A stretch of 64,000 nucleotides of DNA, taken from Paraphysomonas bandaiensis. Its lineage: Eukaryota; Protista; Chrysophyceae. Shown here piece by piece: positions 34,412 to 48,392 of the stretch (positions within the stretch are counted from its first letter, which is position 1; every line of letters starts with the position of its first letter). The stretch spans positions 1 through 64,000 of the forward strand of contig CBFFRP010000211.1 in NCBI GenBank assembly GCA_965644295.1. The letters are read 5' to 3'. The notes beneath the pieces were generated by a model. The model was not told where the DNA came from and did not search any database. It saw only the letters and a program-made list of their open reading frames with translations. The translations under genes and the position numbers were made by a program.

Positions 34412-36024
34412 ATGAGAAATGCAGATTCCGATTTGGACACTGTCTTTAAGTGAAGTGAGGAGAGGATTCTACTGAAGGCATATATAGTGTACACACCGAC
34501 AAACATACATACATATATATGCCTTAACAACACACTGTTAATTACATACAACTTTGAGTTTAGTTAACTTTCCTTCATATTAATCGTTTATTGGATGAGT
34601 TTTTTTTCCAACACCGCATCTGGTGCGCTGATAGCTGTATATAATTAATACACGCATAACATACTTGATTTATAGGTAACAAGACTACTTTCTTTGGATT
34701 GGCCCCGAAATCTCCCGTCGCCAACTCTCGTGCAGACAGTGATATATGCGGATCTGATTTCCTTAAGAATTCAGTGTTTTCGTCGACTTCTTCCGCATAC
34801 GCATTCTTATCTTCCACTTTAAGTTCTTCAAAGCCTGTGTCATCTGCTACAACTGAAGAACAGCATGAGAAAGGCTCGTCAAAAGGCAGTATATGACTCA
34901 CTAGATGAATATATTGTAATTTTATTTGCATAGCTCCTGACTCAAGCGAAGAGTCACCTTCTACAGGTGAAATATATAAAACAAAAATATATATGTTTTA
35001 CATTTAATTAGGGCAAGAGTGCAACCAGTCTAAAAAGGTTGAAAGTACAGAACCTGTACAAGTTGATGGTAGTGATGAGTCGATAATGGTTTGTGAGAGG
35101 CCGAGTGAGTCACTTGAAAGAACTCATGGCACGCAGCCTTCAGAGTCTATTGAAAAACATCAAGAAAGTAAACAAGCTCCAGTTGTACGTACACGATCAC
35201 ATGAATCTATTACTCCTGCTGTTGCATCTAGTCAAACCAAGCGATTAAAAACTGGCAGTAGTAAAAAACCAATTACTCCAGAGCTAAAGCTGCTAGCCCC
35301 ACCAACAGTGCTACCACGACAACCTAAACCACCAATGCCTAAAGTGTCCGTCTCCGGTTATAAAGAAGGTTATAACTTAAACAACAAGATCTTGTTCTGA
35401 TTAATAATTAGCTGAAGATATGGTAGCTCAGAGTAAGAATTCTTCATCACGTTTAAGTCCGGTCACTACCCATACTGAAGTCCCTCCAGTCGTAACGACC
35501 ACAAATGACAAGGTCAAATTTATGACAGCGTAGTATAATAATAATTTGGACTGTTATACAGTGTGTTGACGAAACCACATCTGAGATGGTTGGAGAACAG
35601 TCATCTACGGAAACGCCATCGGTGCGTGCCATTGGGGATCTTGAAATAGAGTATAGTGCAATGGAGGAGTCTTTCGAATCTATAAGCGACTGTTTGCATG
35701 ACTTAGACGTGCTCCTTGAAACAGGAAATGACCTCTTGAAAAATACCACAGCATGCATGGATCAATCTGATCTTCAGCTCACGAAACTTTGCCACAGGTA
35801 CGCCACTAACCAAACGTATGCGATTTGCACTGGTATCACCAGTGTCACTTATATATATGCAGATTGTATATGAATGACTGTACGGAATCTGCGGCACTGA
35901 GGATTGCTTTAGCACACAAAAAACTGATGGTACTGAGGTATGGGTGTGTTGATGTTATTACAGTCACTGATATTTTCTTACAGTACGAAGCTTGATGATC
36001 TGAATATTAAGTCTAATGCTTAAT
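34412..36024 (+). CDS. Hypothetical multi-exon protein (boundaries approximate)
   Basis: Consecutive exon-like ORFs 34699-34896, 35086-35400 and 35586-35873 separated by short GT-AG introns. Confidence 0.5.
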
Positions 36025-36432
36025 TATTTTTTCCAATTTTTCTATGTATATATACGACACTTATCTTTAGATGTACTCTCTATTTAGCCTGATACCGAAA
36101 ACGCGTGATGTAGCGTCAAGATTTTGTTTACTTTATTTTCGGATTACGTGGCATGGTATTCATTCGTTGTTTTAATGTAAAAATATACTCAAAATGAACA
36201 CTGAAATGGATATAGAGTAGTGTCTGCTTGCTCTTGCCAGGCTAACACAAAACCTTAGGTTGTATACAAAGCAGTTTGAATTTATTATGTACACTATTTT
36301 CCACTCAATTAATTACATAATATCCGCAAAACAAAAAAAATCAATGCGCACGAGTTCCAACTACTGTGTTTCCAAAATTACGGATACTTCAAGAACAAGA
36401 CATCAAATTAAACACATATAAAAATTGCCTGC

Positions 36433-37624
36433 TCAATGGTGAGTTCCAGAATCCATCAAAACATATTTAAGCCGTTTTGCTGTCTGGAAGTGGGGAACGT
36501 TGCCAGATCTGACTTCACTACGACTACATTGTTTTTTTTCATTTCGGTGACACTCTATCTTGGTGAACACTCTGTAACTTTGTTGAGGTAGATTTTCGTG
36601 AGCATAGCACATAAGCGTATCAACGACCGCCGACACAATACCAATAGCCCGTCGTCTCGACGCTGCTGGAACCTCGTAAGGTTGCCTGGAATAGGGTATT
36701 ACATCGGCAAATTCACAAACGAAGATAGCACAATAATATAATTATTGCGAATAGAACTGATATACATACAGATGTCACCGCAAACCAGTGACTAAAATCT
36801 AATACGGCGACTCCAATTGTACTGACCCTGAAAGAGCGTTCAATGGATATACAGCAGGCCCGCATGAAGTATCTACCAGTACTTTTTTGCATCTTGCTTT
36901 CGCTGGTGCAGAGCCTTTCGTTTCAAGGCCGTAACAACGACGCCAATATTCGATAAACGACTTCTCCGTGCTGGGTAAATACTCACAGTAGCCTCTTGCT
37001 TGATTTGCTTTGTCAAATGGGGTGAGAGTGTCTTTCTGATCAGATATCTCACGAACAGCAATGGTCTCGCCCGTGCAAGCACAGAACGCCACGTTACCTT
37101 CGGTGGTTAGTGTGTCAGATACGAGTGGAAGAGACCTGTAACAACGAGCTTCAACTTCTACAACGCACGTCTCTACAAATACATTAGATATTTTACCATT
37201 TTCTGTATAATACCATTTTCTAAGGACTCGAAATTTCTTACAATACATGCATCGATATAACATTCGGAAGTGACACCAATTGTTGGTCCAAGTCTAACAC
37301 ACACCATCACTCTCAGCACATATCTAGGCATATTTCAGGTTAACCTCGAAACTACAAAGCCATCAAAATCATCATCGTTTGGCTTAAAGGATGTCCATCC
37401 ACATTGAAGTAAAATTAGATATATTGCTTGTGGCACACATGAGCACACACTGTCAACAACGCTAGTCATGGGTTGACTTCGTATCACTTCCACTTCCAAA
37501 CCCAATTCTTGTTTGATTTCTTCTGTTGTTATATCGAACGCTCGAGTGATTACAAATACACTTTTTGATGACAAAAGTTCACTTCGACATAACCATTTTC
37601 TCTTCTCCCATAAGTACGCACAGA
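36433..37624 (-). CDS. Protein with PAZ/DUF4708-like domain (multi-exon, start uncertain)
   Basis: KSFIEYWRRCYGL...VLV...YP signature; exon-like ORFs 37335-37574, 36799-37263, 36433-36636. Confidence 0.45.
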
Positions 37625-38744
37625 TCTAATGCCGAATATGTTACATTAGTATGTCATATCACAACTGCTGACCGCAAATGCTGATCGATCACAATAATCA
37701 CTAATTATGCGAACATCCCATCCCCAATCGACACCCACAGATCGCAAGTCATTACACAGTGAAACATATATGCTATGTTCACTCGACATATTTTACTACA
37801 AACAGAAACACACTGCACCGATCAACTCAGATGATGTTACCTATACGCTATTCAGCTCCTCTACAACCAGTGGGGTTGTGGAATAAATATACGAAGCATT
37901 AGTTGCATCGCGATGCATGTCAAGTGAGGTATATGAATGACATAGTCACCTGGTGGATGTCTGCATGATGGAAGCAATGCACATGAACACACACATAGGC
38001 AACGAAGTGAAGAAAAAAAATCAAAAACTAATAGCCAATCATTATCTGTTAAATATTATTGGTTGGTGAATATGAGTCTGTCTGTTGGAAGTGGTGTGTA
38101 TGTCCCTCATTCGCCATATCCCTCAACGATATCTAGATATATGATAGAAACTCTCAAGGCACATTGGAGTTATGCAGTATTTATCAGTCCTATACAGTCA
38201 GGAATAGCACAGCCCCATTTCGGTGATTCTGTATCAGTTGTGTGCTTCATTGAACGAAAAGTAATATATATTAAGCGGTTATCTTCTATAGTGCAAGAGG
38301 ACCATTATAATTCAGTGAGAGTATAACACACATGCAATATGGTAAGCAGCATTCTCATTCATAATGAGAGCAAAGTACTACATACTCGAATCAACAAACA
38401 CGTCTATTTGGGGACGATATGTGGAGTGCGAAAGAATAGACAAAACAAAGTAATCGTGGTAATATGCTATGCTTCTTTCTAGGAATATTGTGCATGCATA
38501 AAATAGAGCTCATGAATTGGAAATGTTGTGATACCAGGGTATTAAACCCTAGCTCATCTAAACCAAACAGTCATAGTATAAAGTATAAAGCATAAAATAA
38601 CCCGAGAACTGTTTATTACAATGTTTTCCTACTACCAATAATAGCTATAATGGGTCAGTAGACAATATGTGTTTTGACTACTGTCATCAAGGCACTCCTA
38701 GAGGGATTATACTTAGAAGTCGGTGCTATGTATATGCCTAGTAC

Positions 38745-39633
38745 CAGGGATAGGGAACAATATATTGCAATACTATGGTTAGATAGCGTTCCATCAATAG
38801 TATTGATGGATTTTTTAACCGGCCCTACAATACTATTTCAGTATATTGCCATATATTAGTATGACTAAGCAGTAAGTAAACACATCCGTAGTTTCCATTT
38901 TTAGTACTTGCCATTATAAGGTCTTAAAGGTCACTTGATAATCAAACCCACTACTCTTAACTAATTAAAAGTGTCCTCATACTCATCCTTGAGCCATCAT
39001 CGGTGACTTCATTATCACCATATTCATCCAATATTGATTAAAATATGTTTGCATTCGGCCACAACTGTCGGTTAGCTTTCAGAATCAACAGCAAATTAAG
39101 TGTAGTAGGATGCATACGTTTGTGCAACACTGATATAATCAGTTTTGCTGCGCTGAGCAGGCATTCACATGTATTGGAAGTACATACTACATGACTCGTG
39201 CACCTGTACTTAGATATTTCAACTTTCCGTTTCTTAAGTTATTGAGCTGATTGAAGAATTTTCTCCGCATAGCCAACTTCTACTTTATGTAAATGTCCCT
39301 TCTTTTGTATGCATTCATCGTTCAGTTGTCTCTTCTTATCACTATAAGATATATATATTATATTAAGAGAATTACTGTGCATACATGTTTGAGCTGGCGA
39401 TACATAAAGAATAGAAAATAACATCAAAAATAGGCTTTTTTTCTTATTTTCCGGATATTTGTATACATAGGCGTATATTTTTCACCATACAGTTAAGAAT
39501 CTTCTCTTATATGACAATATTATAGTATTGTGAGCTCTTTTAACAGAAACAATATTGATGGAATATTTGACCAGTCCACCAGTCAATATATTGTACAATG
39601 TATTGCAATACAAGATATTGTTCCCTATCCCTC
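38745..39633. mobile_element. Non-autonomous hAT-type MITE, copy 1
   Basis: TIR CAGGGATAGGGAACAATAT; 8-bp TSD CCTAGTAC (38737-44, 39634-41). Confidence 0.9.
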
Positions 39634-39920
39634 CCTAGTACTCTAGTCTCTAGTATAGCCCTCGTGCCTAGTGTAAACGTGTAAACGGAAATAGAGTTTA
39701 GCAAAAACATTAAAACTAATTACATTGATTTATCCTCATGTAGCTTACATGTAGAGAACAACATAATATTCAGATACATGCTAATGAAATAAACATTGTA
39801 TCTACTACAAAGAACTGTGCAACAGGTAATAGTCAGATATCTGTCCACACATTGCTACCTCATCTTTAAAACTATTTACATAATCACTAATATAGGTTAA
39901 ATACAAACATAAAAAGGTGT

Positions 39921-40652
39921 TCAGTTGTTTCTTTTCTCCGACGATGGGGCTTTGTGTATAACAGGTAGTTTAATTGGTGCATTGGAGGTGGTGGACACAT
40001 TCACTATTTCGGATCCCTCCTCCGTGGACTGCATTGGTACATACTTTTTTCTTTTGGCCTTGCGCCGGTCTATCTTCTTCTTGTCGGCCTGCAGAGATGT
40101 AATAAACTTTCGCAGGAGCATGATTTGTTGCGAGTCGGTTCCACACGTGAGACCTGTCATAAACTCCTCGAACGATATCGATCCGTTCCTATCAGAATCT
40201 ATTCGGTGAAGGAAAAATGCTGAATCAGCGCGCGACTTGAACACACCATTTTTGACGAAGTCATCGATAACGCGGTCGATTTTGATGCCATCCTCGCACT
40301 GGAAATCGTCTAAGCGAGAGGTGAACCAATTCCAGAAGGTTGAAAACTCTTTCTTTGTCAGCCGGACAGTAATATTAACCTTGTGTTTTTTAAGCCACAT
40401 ATCGAGCTCTTGGTATCCGAGAGACAGAGCGTCATAACTTTTGGTTCTCTTGGCCGTTCTATATTTCTTATAGTTGTCCTCGAAAGACCGTCTAATTGCT
40501 TGATACTCATCACTCCAAACTTTTTTTCTAATCGCTGACGATGAAGCCACAGGAGGAAGGGAGCTCCCACCTGATCGTACATCAGGTACTACTCTGTCCC
40601 AGTGAGGCATAGCTTCTTCTCGGGGTAATAAACGGATCTGCCAGACTAACAA
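39921..40652 (-). CDS. EF-hand protein (last exon; upstream exons probably extend to ~40983)
   Basis: IDSDRNGSISFEEF loop. Confidence 0.7.
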   Translation of the reverse strand: MLVWQIRLLPREEAMPHWDRVVPDVRSGGSSLPPVASSSAIRKKVWSDEYQAIRRSFEDNYKKYRTAKRTKSYDALSLGYQELDMWLKKHKVNITVRLTKKEFSTFWNWFTSRLDDFQCEDGIKIDRVIDDFVKNGVFKSRADSAFFLHRIDSDRNGSISFEEFMTGLTCGTDSQQIMLLRKFITSLQADKKKIDRRKAKRKKYVPMQSTEEGSEIVNVSTTSNAPIKLPVIHKAPSSEKRNN

Positions 40653-41366
40653 ACTCCCATATCTGTGAAATCAATGACACTCAAGGTGCTCTCGTTCCTG
40701 TACCAGGGTTGAAACTACAATACAACCTCAGTATGAGATAGGAATCAGGAGTTACAGTAAGTGAGAAATGGAATATAAAACAACAGAAGAGTGCTGACCA
40801 ATACTATCCGTGTTGCTTGTGGGGAACTATTACATGAATATACGATGACTACGAGGAAGTACAACTGCAACACCAACACCCACACACAGCTCATATGATT
40901 TCCATCCCTTCTGGGTGTTGTGCTGATGATGATGTTCTATTCTGGAACGGATTTATGTCAACTATCGCCAAATTTTCATCCATTTCACTCGAAATATTTT
41001 AACCAACCATATCCGTAATCCGAAGTTCTATTGGCTGTTTAGCTCTTTTTTATTTTCACGGTATTCCCATCACCAGGAGAACACACAGCACAAAAAAAAG
41101 AAGTTGGGCGCTTTGTCCAAAAACGTCTCCCAGTGTATCCAAGAAAGATTCAGAAATTAATTCGGTATACTGCTGTATGGTATGGTATATACGTACGAGT
41201 AGTACGTCGTGCGTCCCTGCGAACATAATGACTAACTTCTTGTTCAGGTGACGTCCTCCTGTCTGCTGCGAGATACACGAACAGCGTGACCTTAGTCACA
41301 GTCGTGATTTATCAGCACTTACAGATATTGGGAGACTACTCGAGTTCGTTGACGCGCTGAATTAAA

Positions 41367-42269
41367 ATGCTCACCACTAATGTCGTTACTTGTGTGTGGA
41401 CCATTGTCTATCTTTTGGTGTTTGCTTCCACCTCGCTTTCAAGTGATGTGGATATGTGCGTTGATGATATTTGTGCTCAGATTCTAGGCCAATCGGGGAA
41501 GATAAATTTTGAATACGACGACCAAGTCATTCAAGTGACTATGGATTCCATCACTGAAAGGGATGCTGACGGCAACGAAGTTGGAAACACTGGATCTACT
41601 AAACACAGCTTCAATTCGTTTGCATCGCAGGATTTTATTTTCAGTGAATTGTATAACACGTCTTATCAGGGAATTGACGCTGTTGCTGTAAACTTCACTG
41701 CTTCACTGGTGGATGACACAGCCGATTTTGCTGTTCAGCTCTACATGTTCTTGGGGGGTGGAAATATTTCCAATCACAACGAGACCTTTCCTGTAGACCG
41801 AGGGTCTTTTAAATTCTCTTATACTATTGATTACTGGCCATTCTGTACAATCAACGGTTCTGGAGTAGAGTCATGCTCTAAAGGAGGAGAACAGCAGCAG
41901 GGTGAATTTCTGGACTTTACAATTATTATAAAGAATGATCAGTCTATCGCTCATACAGACTCTAATGGAACTCTTGCCTATTCTGACAGCACCAATGTTA
42001 TTATGCCAGCAGAATTCCGAACTTCTAGTGGCTGGTTTTTCATGACTAGCCCCTATCCTATGAGTACTATTGTTGGTTCGAAAACCACTGTTGTATTTCG
42101 CTTCGAAAGATTTGAGTCAGATTTGTATTATGACCCGATTCTGACTTGGGGTTCTGGTAGTAATGATGATAGCGGGGCTATTGCGATGCGTGCGTCATCT
42201 CCGTTTGTTTATGGACTTGTATGGGCAATATTTGTTGTTGCCTCCACCATAAACGCTTTTTATGAATAG
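41367..42269 (+). CDS. Secreted, probably GPI/TM-anchored protein resembling the conserved domain of coral skeletal aspartic acid-rich proteins (SAARP/CARP4)
   Basis: Signal peptide; GQSGKI, DSITERDADGNEVG..KHSFNSFASQDF, GSFKF...WPFC, YYDP; hydrophobic C-terminus. Confidence 0.65.
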   Translation: MLTTNVVTCVWTIVYLLVFASTSLSSDVDMCVDDICAQILGQSGKINFEYDDQVIQVTMDSITERDADGNEVGNTGSTKHSFNSFASQDFIFSELYNTSYQGIDAVAVNFTASLVDDTADFAVQLYMFLGGGNISNHNETFPVDRGSFKFSYTIDYWPFCTINGSGVESCSKGGEQQQGEFLDFTIIIKNDQSIAHTDSNGTLAYSDSTNVIMPAEFRTSSGWFFMTSPYPMSTIVGSKTTVVFRFERFESDLYYDPILTWGSGSNDDSGAIAMRASSPFVYGLVWAIFVVASTINAFYE

Positions 42270-43666
42270 GTATTATTAGGCTTACAATGATGGTATTACA
42301 CATTGCTCTGTAATTAGAACCTATTAAGTTTCCCTATGAAAGGGGAAAACATTTTAATAATCAATAAGAAGGTAAGATCAGTTATTAATAATAAAATTAT
42401 TTCCACTTCACAGTATGATTACAAAATAATGCAGATTACTATACCATTATTACCTGATTACTACTAGGTGTTTTTTAAGGCTGTGTTCATGCAATATTAT
42501 ACCTTTTATTAGTATGTTAAGAGAAGTTAAGATGACTGGATTCTTGAGTTTTCCATTTGAGAGCAATTGAAATCTGCAGTTCGAAGATATTTGAATTATG
42601 TTATATTTGAAACATGGCTTGAAGCGTTTGTAATTTGTAATATTGCTTTTATGACAACGCACCACTGTAGGTGTAGTGTGATATAATACTGAACCTCCAA
42701 ATCGAATCTGCATTGAAATGGTTAGTCACTATTGACCCATTCCATGGGCGTGGCCATATTGTAGGCTGGCTGGTGCACCACCTAAAACACCGAGATATAG
42801 CACTGATTCTACCACCCGCCTACCAGTGTACCAACGTAGATCACGCGCAGATTCTGTTTCCGCCCCGCCTGTGTTAACCTTTGCTGAGATTACTCGGATG
42901 AACTTGGGTATTGAGTTTATCAAAGTATTGATGATTCAAACCAGTCGATCCCAAAAGCAATCATGCTCCCATATAGTTATACTTTCCAGAACTATGAAAT
43001 AATAGAACTATGTCTAATTTGCCTGAAACCTATGTAGCATAGTTGGGGCCTGTTAGCGATTACCATGAAGTGAAACAGGAATATGGAGAGAGAGATATCT
43101 ACAATCATCAAGGTATCTATTTCACTTGTCTGTCCTCAATTGGCCTTCACAGAAGTCAAAAATAATTGCAGTCTGAGAAGTAAGTAGTGTCAATTAAGAA
43201 AACACCAATTAAAAAGCATAATGCAATACGCGTAAATATCAGCACCTCATGAAAAAATCTCACAATGTGAATACGTGAATACCATAAGCACCTAGTCGAC
43301 CGTTGTCATTGTTGAACTCATATCTATAATTAATGCCACCTGGCAAGTTTTTTATTCCAAATCGGCTTGACTAGTTCATTCAACTACTTTGACTGCGCTA
43401 AATAATACATCCCCAAACTACACACATATACAACAGTTCCATGAGATGCTTTTTTCTTATTATTCATTGCGATACAACTTCCTTTTTGAAATCAGCATCG
43501 GCATGTTACGGCTATATCCAGTAATTAACAACTTCTACATCATGTAGGATTTCAGAACTATTTTTGCTGCTATCAGTTGTGGGTGCGGGGACCGAACTTG
43601 TAAAAATGTAAATATGATACCCTAACTCGCTGCAAATTCCTATAATACATCATGTACTAACACTAA

Positions 43667-44606
43667 CTACCACACCGTTGTCTTGCTTCTCAAGTGTGAG
43701 TTATCATCACGTGCCAATGGCAGGTCAGTAGTCGATGCACCAGTATTAATTTTTTCACTACTGGGCCTTGTTGGATTCTCTTCTTCCATTTGCAAAGCAG
43801 GTTGCATGCGCTGGAAGGTTTCGTGATGCCTGTCCTTTTCAGGCGGATTGTAGCCAGTTAGGTATCCTCTCCCCGGTTCAACTGGTTTCTTCTCTGTTTC
43901 TTCTAATAACTGCACAGTCATGGCTGCAAACGGTGGGGCTGCACAAAAGAGGAAAAAAGGCCACAATATGAACAGCAGTACTCCCCCAACGGATAAAACA
44001 CAAGGGTAAATGCACTCGTCAATAGTATCAATACCGCTGATACGGTAGTGATAACGCATTATATTTCTAGCACTGCACATGTTTACACAGCAGCATCCCA
44101 TCATCCAAGGCATTCCTATGCCTCGTTCTAATGCAGTTCCGACTGCACAAGGGTTGCAGCAGAGGCCATACATACACTCCTGACAAGTCGCTTTCGCAAC
44201 TTTCGTTTCAAACGAATAGATATTGTGTTCCTCCCCTGACGTGCGTGTGGGATAGCGTTTGCTGAATGTCGTTTGAAGCATTTGATTGACAGCACAGCAC
44301 GGAAAAAAACATACAGCCAGGCAATCGTTCAGTGGTTCTCCTTGAATTCCATATGCAGAACGTATAAGCCACCTGAAGTTAAATACATATTTTTCACTAC
44401 ACCGCAAAAAGTAAGACAACTTCCTACCTGCTGGCAACAGGTGTCATACAACATAAATTAAATATGCAATCGCTCCCATCTAGATATGTTCGTGCCTGCG
44501 CAGCTGCACATGGAAAACACAAGTACGAGTACGCACACATCCGTAAATCTCCACACTCAAATAGAGGTACAGTAAAATCTGCGCCAATCAGATTTCCGTC
44601 TGACAT
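43667..44606 (-). CDS. PLAC8-family Cys-rich protein with two PLAC8 domains
   Basis: LCFPC, RWLIRSAYGIQG..DCL..CFFPCCAVNQ and a second CCNPC..RYHYRISG unit; one intron near 44373-44425. Confidence 0.8.
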
Positions 44607-45859
44607 GTTCGCCTTAAGTAGTAAATTAGTTTCCTAAGCGATGTATAGATGCTACAGATGATCAGAGTACTGATTATCCACTCCACATAATGCGCTGTAC
44701 GTAATGAGTAAAGAGGTTAACTTCCGACATATCTTCTTATGGAGTACAGCGCAGTCAGGCAGTGTTTTGTTTCAGTGGTCCTGTGAATGAACAGAAGCTA
44801 ACATCAACTCAGCTCATATCGTATCCAGACATACCGTATATAGACCTACTATACCGTATACTCCACTATACGACTGATTTTGCCAGATGGTCCCATGACA
44901 ATAAAACCAAAGAACATTTGAGGAATCCAGGAGCGAATAAGCGAAGCTATGTAAGTGATACAGTGATACCATTGGCTGTGTTATCACAGCATAGTTATAT
45001 ATCTCAGCCTACACTGCGCACATATCACACATATCAACAGGACACTGACCCTTGCACAAGTATCCAGAGTGATATGATCAAAATCAGCTATGCCATTGTT
45101 ATTCCACTCCACTGGTATGCATCTTGTTCCTTACACAGATCAAGCAGAGATCTCTCACTGAATCGGAGTGCTAAAAAGAGCTCCACCTCATGTCAGTCGT
45201 CGTCTCATATGTGCAGTTCACTGATATTTCAGAAGATATCATCATATAATTGCATCTACGGATAGGTTTCAAAGGTACAGCGTTAGTTTCATTACTTTTC
45301 CGCTTCTGGGACTAATATTTTGATTCTCTAATGTATAAGTTTGTGGTCGTGTCTGGTGCAGCACTTGGATCGAAATCATATTTGGCAGTATCTGTACAAA
45401 CGAATAGTTTGAACCAGCGATGGACTCACTGGTCGACTATATGATATACTTTGCAATGTCATTTCTATATCGTTGTCATACCCTAGCTTAGTGAAATAAC
45501 GTGGTTAGCATTCTATTTTATCGGAGTAATCCCAGGTTCCTTGGTGTCTCTACCTTCGTGGGTATATTTGAGGATTTGCACGTGTGAATCACATGTGTGC
45601 ACTTAGATAGGTGTATTTATAAAATCCAAAATAGAAATATGTGAGGTTGTATCACCTTGTTTTCAGTATAGCGCATCTTTGGTATTTCTCGTGCTCTGGC
45701 TGTGAGCAACCCTGACAAATAAAATACTTCATATAGCGTCAAAGCAGCATTAACATCAGGACAATATGCTTACAACACACTATAGAATGAAATGGTTGGT
45801 AAAGATACGAGTTCCAGTTTAGACTTGTCTCAACCGAAAAGTTATTGCACTTTGGAAAG

Positions 45860-46591
45860 CAGGGATAGGGAGCAATATATTGTATTGCAATACATTGTAA
45901 AATATATGATTGGTGGACTGGCTAAATATTCCATCAATATTGTTTCTGTTAAAGTAGCTCACAATATATTGCAATCAATATTATGATAGTCATATACAGA
46001 AAGATTATTAACTGTAGGGTAAAAAATAAGTCCATGTGATTATTGCAACAACACAGAGGATGGTGACGCTGAAGTTGGATATGTGGAGAAAATTCTTCAA
46101 TCAGCTCAATAACTTAAGAAACGGAAAGTTGAAATATCTAAGTACAGGTGGACGAGTCATGTAGTATGTACTTCCAATACATGTGAACGCCTGTCCAGCG
46201 CAGCAAAACTGATTATATCAGTGTTGCACAAACGTATGCATCCTACTACACTTAATTTGCTGTTGATTCTGAAAGCTAACCGACAGTTGTGGCCGGATGC
46301 AAGCATATATCAAATAATATTGGATGAATATGGTGATGATGATGTCGCCGATGATGGCTCAGAGGGTGAGTATGAGAAACTTTGAAACTTTTAATTAGTT
46401 AAGAGTAGTGGGTTTGATTATCAAGTGACCTTTAAGACCTTAACTACGGATATTTTTACTTGCTGATTAGTCATACTAATATATAGCAATATATTGCAAT
46501 AGTATTGTAGGGCCGGTTTTAAAACTCCATCAATACTATTGATGGAACGCTATCTAACAATAGTATTGCAATATATTTTTCCCTATCCCTG
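45860..46591. mobile_element. Non-autonomous hAT-type MITE, copy 2 (inverted relative to copy 1, internally shorter)
   Basis: TIR CAGGGATAGGG...CCCTATCCCTG; 8-bp TSD TTGGAAAG (45852-59, 46592-99). Confidence 0.92.
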
Positions 46592-47027
46592 TTGGAAAGA
46601 ATAAAGAAATAATCAACTCACTACTTCTGTAGTTCATAAGTTACACCGTAGTGGCTATGATCTGATATAAATGAAAAAATAAAATTTGCAGCAAACGTAT
46701 GCATGTGTAAGTTAGAAGGTGTGTGCATCATAGTGAGGTACTTTTACTCTGTGTGTGCATGATAATGAAAGAGTTTATTATTGGGATGCATTGTTTATGT
46801 TGCACCAATTTAGGCCAAGTAGTTTTCATAAATTAATTACAAATTTGAGTTCAACTATATGTTTCACTCAAACATGATAATATACTATATGCTCTACTAA
46901 TCTAAAATGATGACTACAGAAAACTTATCAAATACAGAAAACATGCACTACATCACACTTCCTTCCAAGCTAAAGGGAAGCTGGTTCACAGAGAGATACA
47001 CTCTCCCAGCTCCTTCTCTGGGGGTCA

Positions 47028-48392
47028 TCACATCGATGGGTTTATTACTGATGAGCTGATGAGGGCACTCGCTAAATTTCTGCGCAGATTATACGATTGT
47101 GTTGAGTTCACCAATCTACAGAGTTTCCAATTGTAAACTACGCTTTGAATGACGATGGGTCCGCAGCACAGAATAAACAACAAATAGTAAAATATATTAT
47201 AGTAGTTGTACAGAAGTGTGATATATTCATTCATAAATCTAGAAATCCCAGTCCATATCTGCTAACACATCTCTATCACGGTCGAGATATACATGTTGAC
47301 TTTCCGCTTCTCTCTTTCTCTTTTCCCGCAACCGCTGCTCCTCTATGTCATTTTCCCCTTCTACATCTTGTTGCTGGCGAGACATGGCAGCTTCCATGTC
47401 CCTGTTCCTAAGGCGACGCAATTCCTCCTATTTAGCAAGTCACTTTGCATTCACAAATCCATTATCACACATTTCACCTGTTGCGAGTGCCTCTGTTGCT
47501 CCAAGCCTGCGGAACGCATCTGTTGCTCTCTCTTCTCCTCTGCTGCACCCTCCCAGGTTGCCCCACCAGCCATTTTCATGTTTGCCTGGTCTTCGTCCCC
47601 TTCACCCAATCCCCAGGCAGCTGCATTCGGTAAAGACTCATTTCCTTCGCCAAGATCAGCGCCAGATAAGTCAAAATCATCACAAAAGTCAAGCCCAAAT
47701 CCGTCCAGCATACTCTTTTCGTCACAATCCACCACATCAGAGCTAAATTGACCTAAGTCCATCCGCTCCTCAGTTTCTGGTGCCACTGAAGATTGCAAAG
47801 ATGAGTTTTCGGTAATTAAGGAGTGGGAGGGTTCAAAGACTGCAGGTACAGGAGGAGGAGCAGGGACAGAGACGGCACCCACACCCCTATTACGAGCACT
47901 TGATTTCTTTTTCCCACCTGCTTGTGTCCGTCCAGAACCTCCAGGCTTTTTAGTTGATCGTGACCGATTACCTGTGGTCTCCATACTCCTCGGAGGTGGG
48001 ACATAGTTCGAGCTTGCCGATTCACTAACCCTTCGTTTAGTATTCTGTCGACTGTGAGAGAGTTGATATATAAATTGCTTGATGTCACTAATATCAAATA
48101 GCTTCTTCCAGTCCCCTTCTCTCGCCTGCATCACCTTCTTTATCGAGTGAATGCTCTGTGTATATGTGCTGATAGCATCAATTGATTCCCATACATTCCC
48201 ATTACTCTTCTCATTATTTTCATACAAAGCTTCTCTGTACAAGTAGTCTTCAATGTCCATTGCCTTCTCTATCACAGCATGCGTCTCTCCCACTTTATCT
48301 CTGAGTATCCTCTGAATATCAATAATAGCATTCTCCGTCCACTCCATAAGCGCTCGCTCAGAGCATAACTCATGCAACTGACCCCGCCCCAT
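47028..48392 (-). CDS. Hypothetical multi-exon protein (3' end approximate)
   Basis: 313-aa first exon plus charged downstream exon 47239-47421. Confidence 0.6.

Noticed and set aside
42450-42923. Short ORFs between the SAARP-like and PLAC8 genes
   Set aside because: No recognisable motifs or consistent exon structure.
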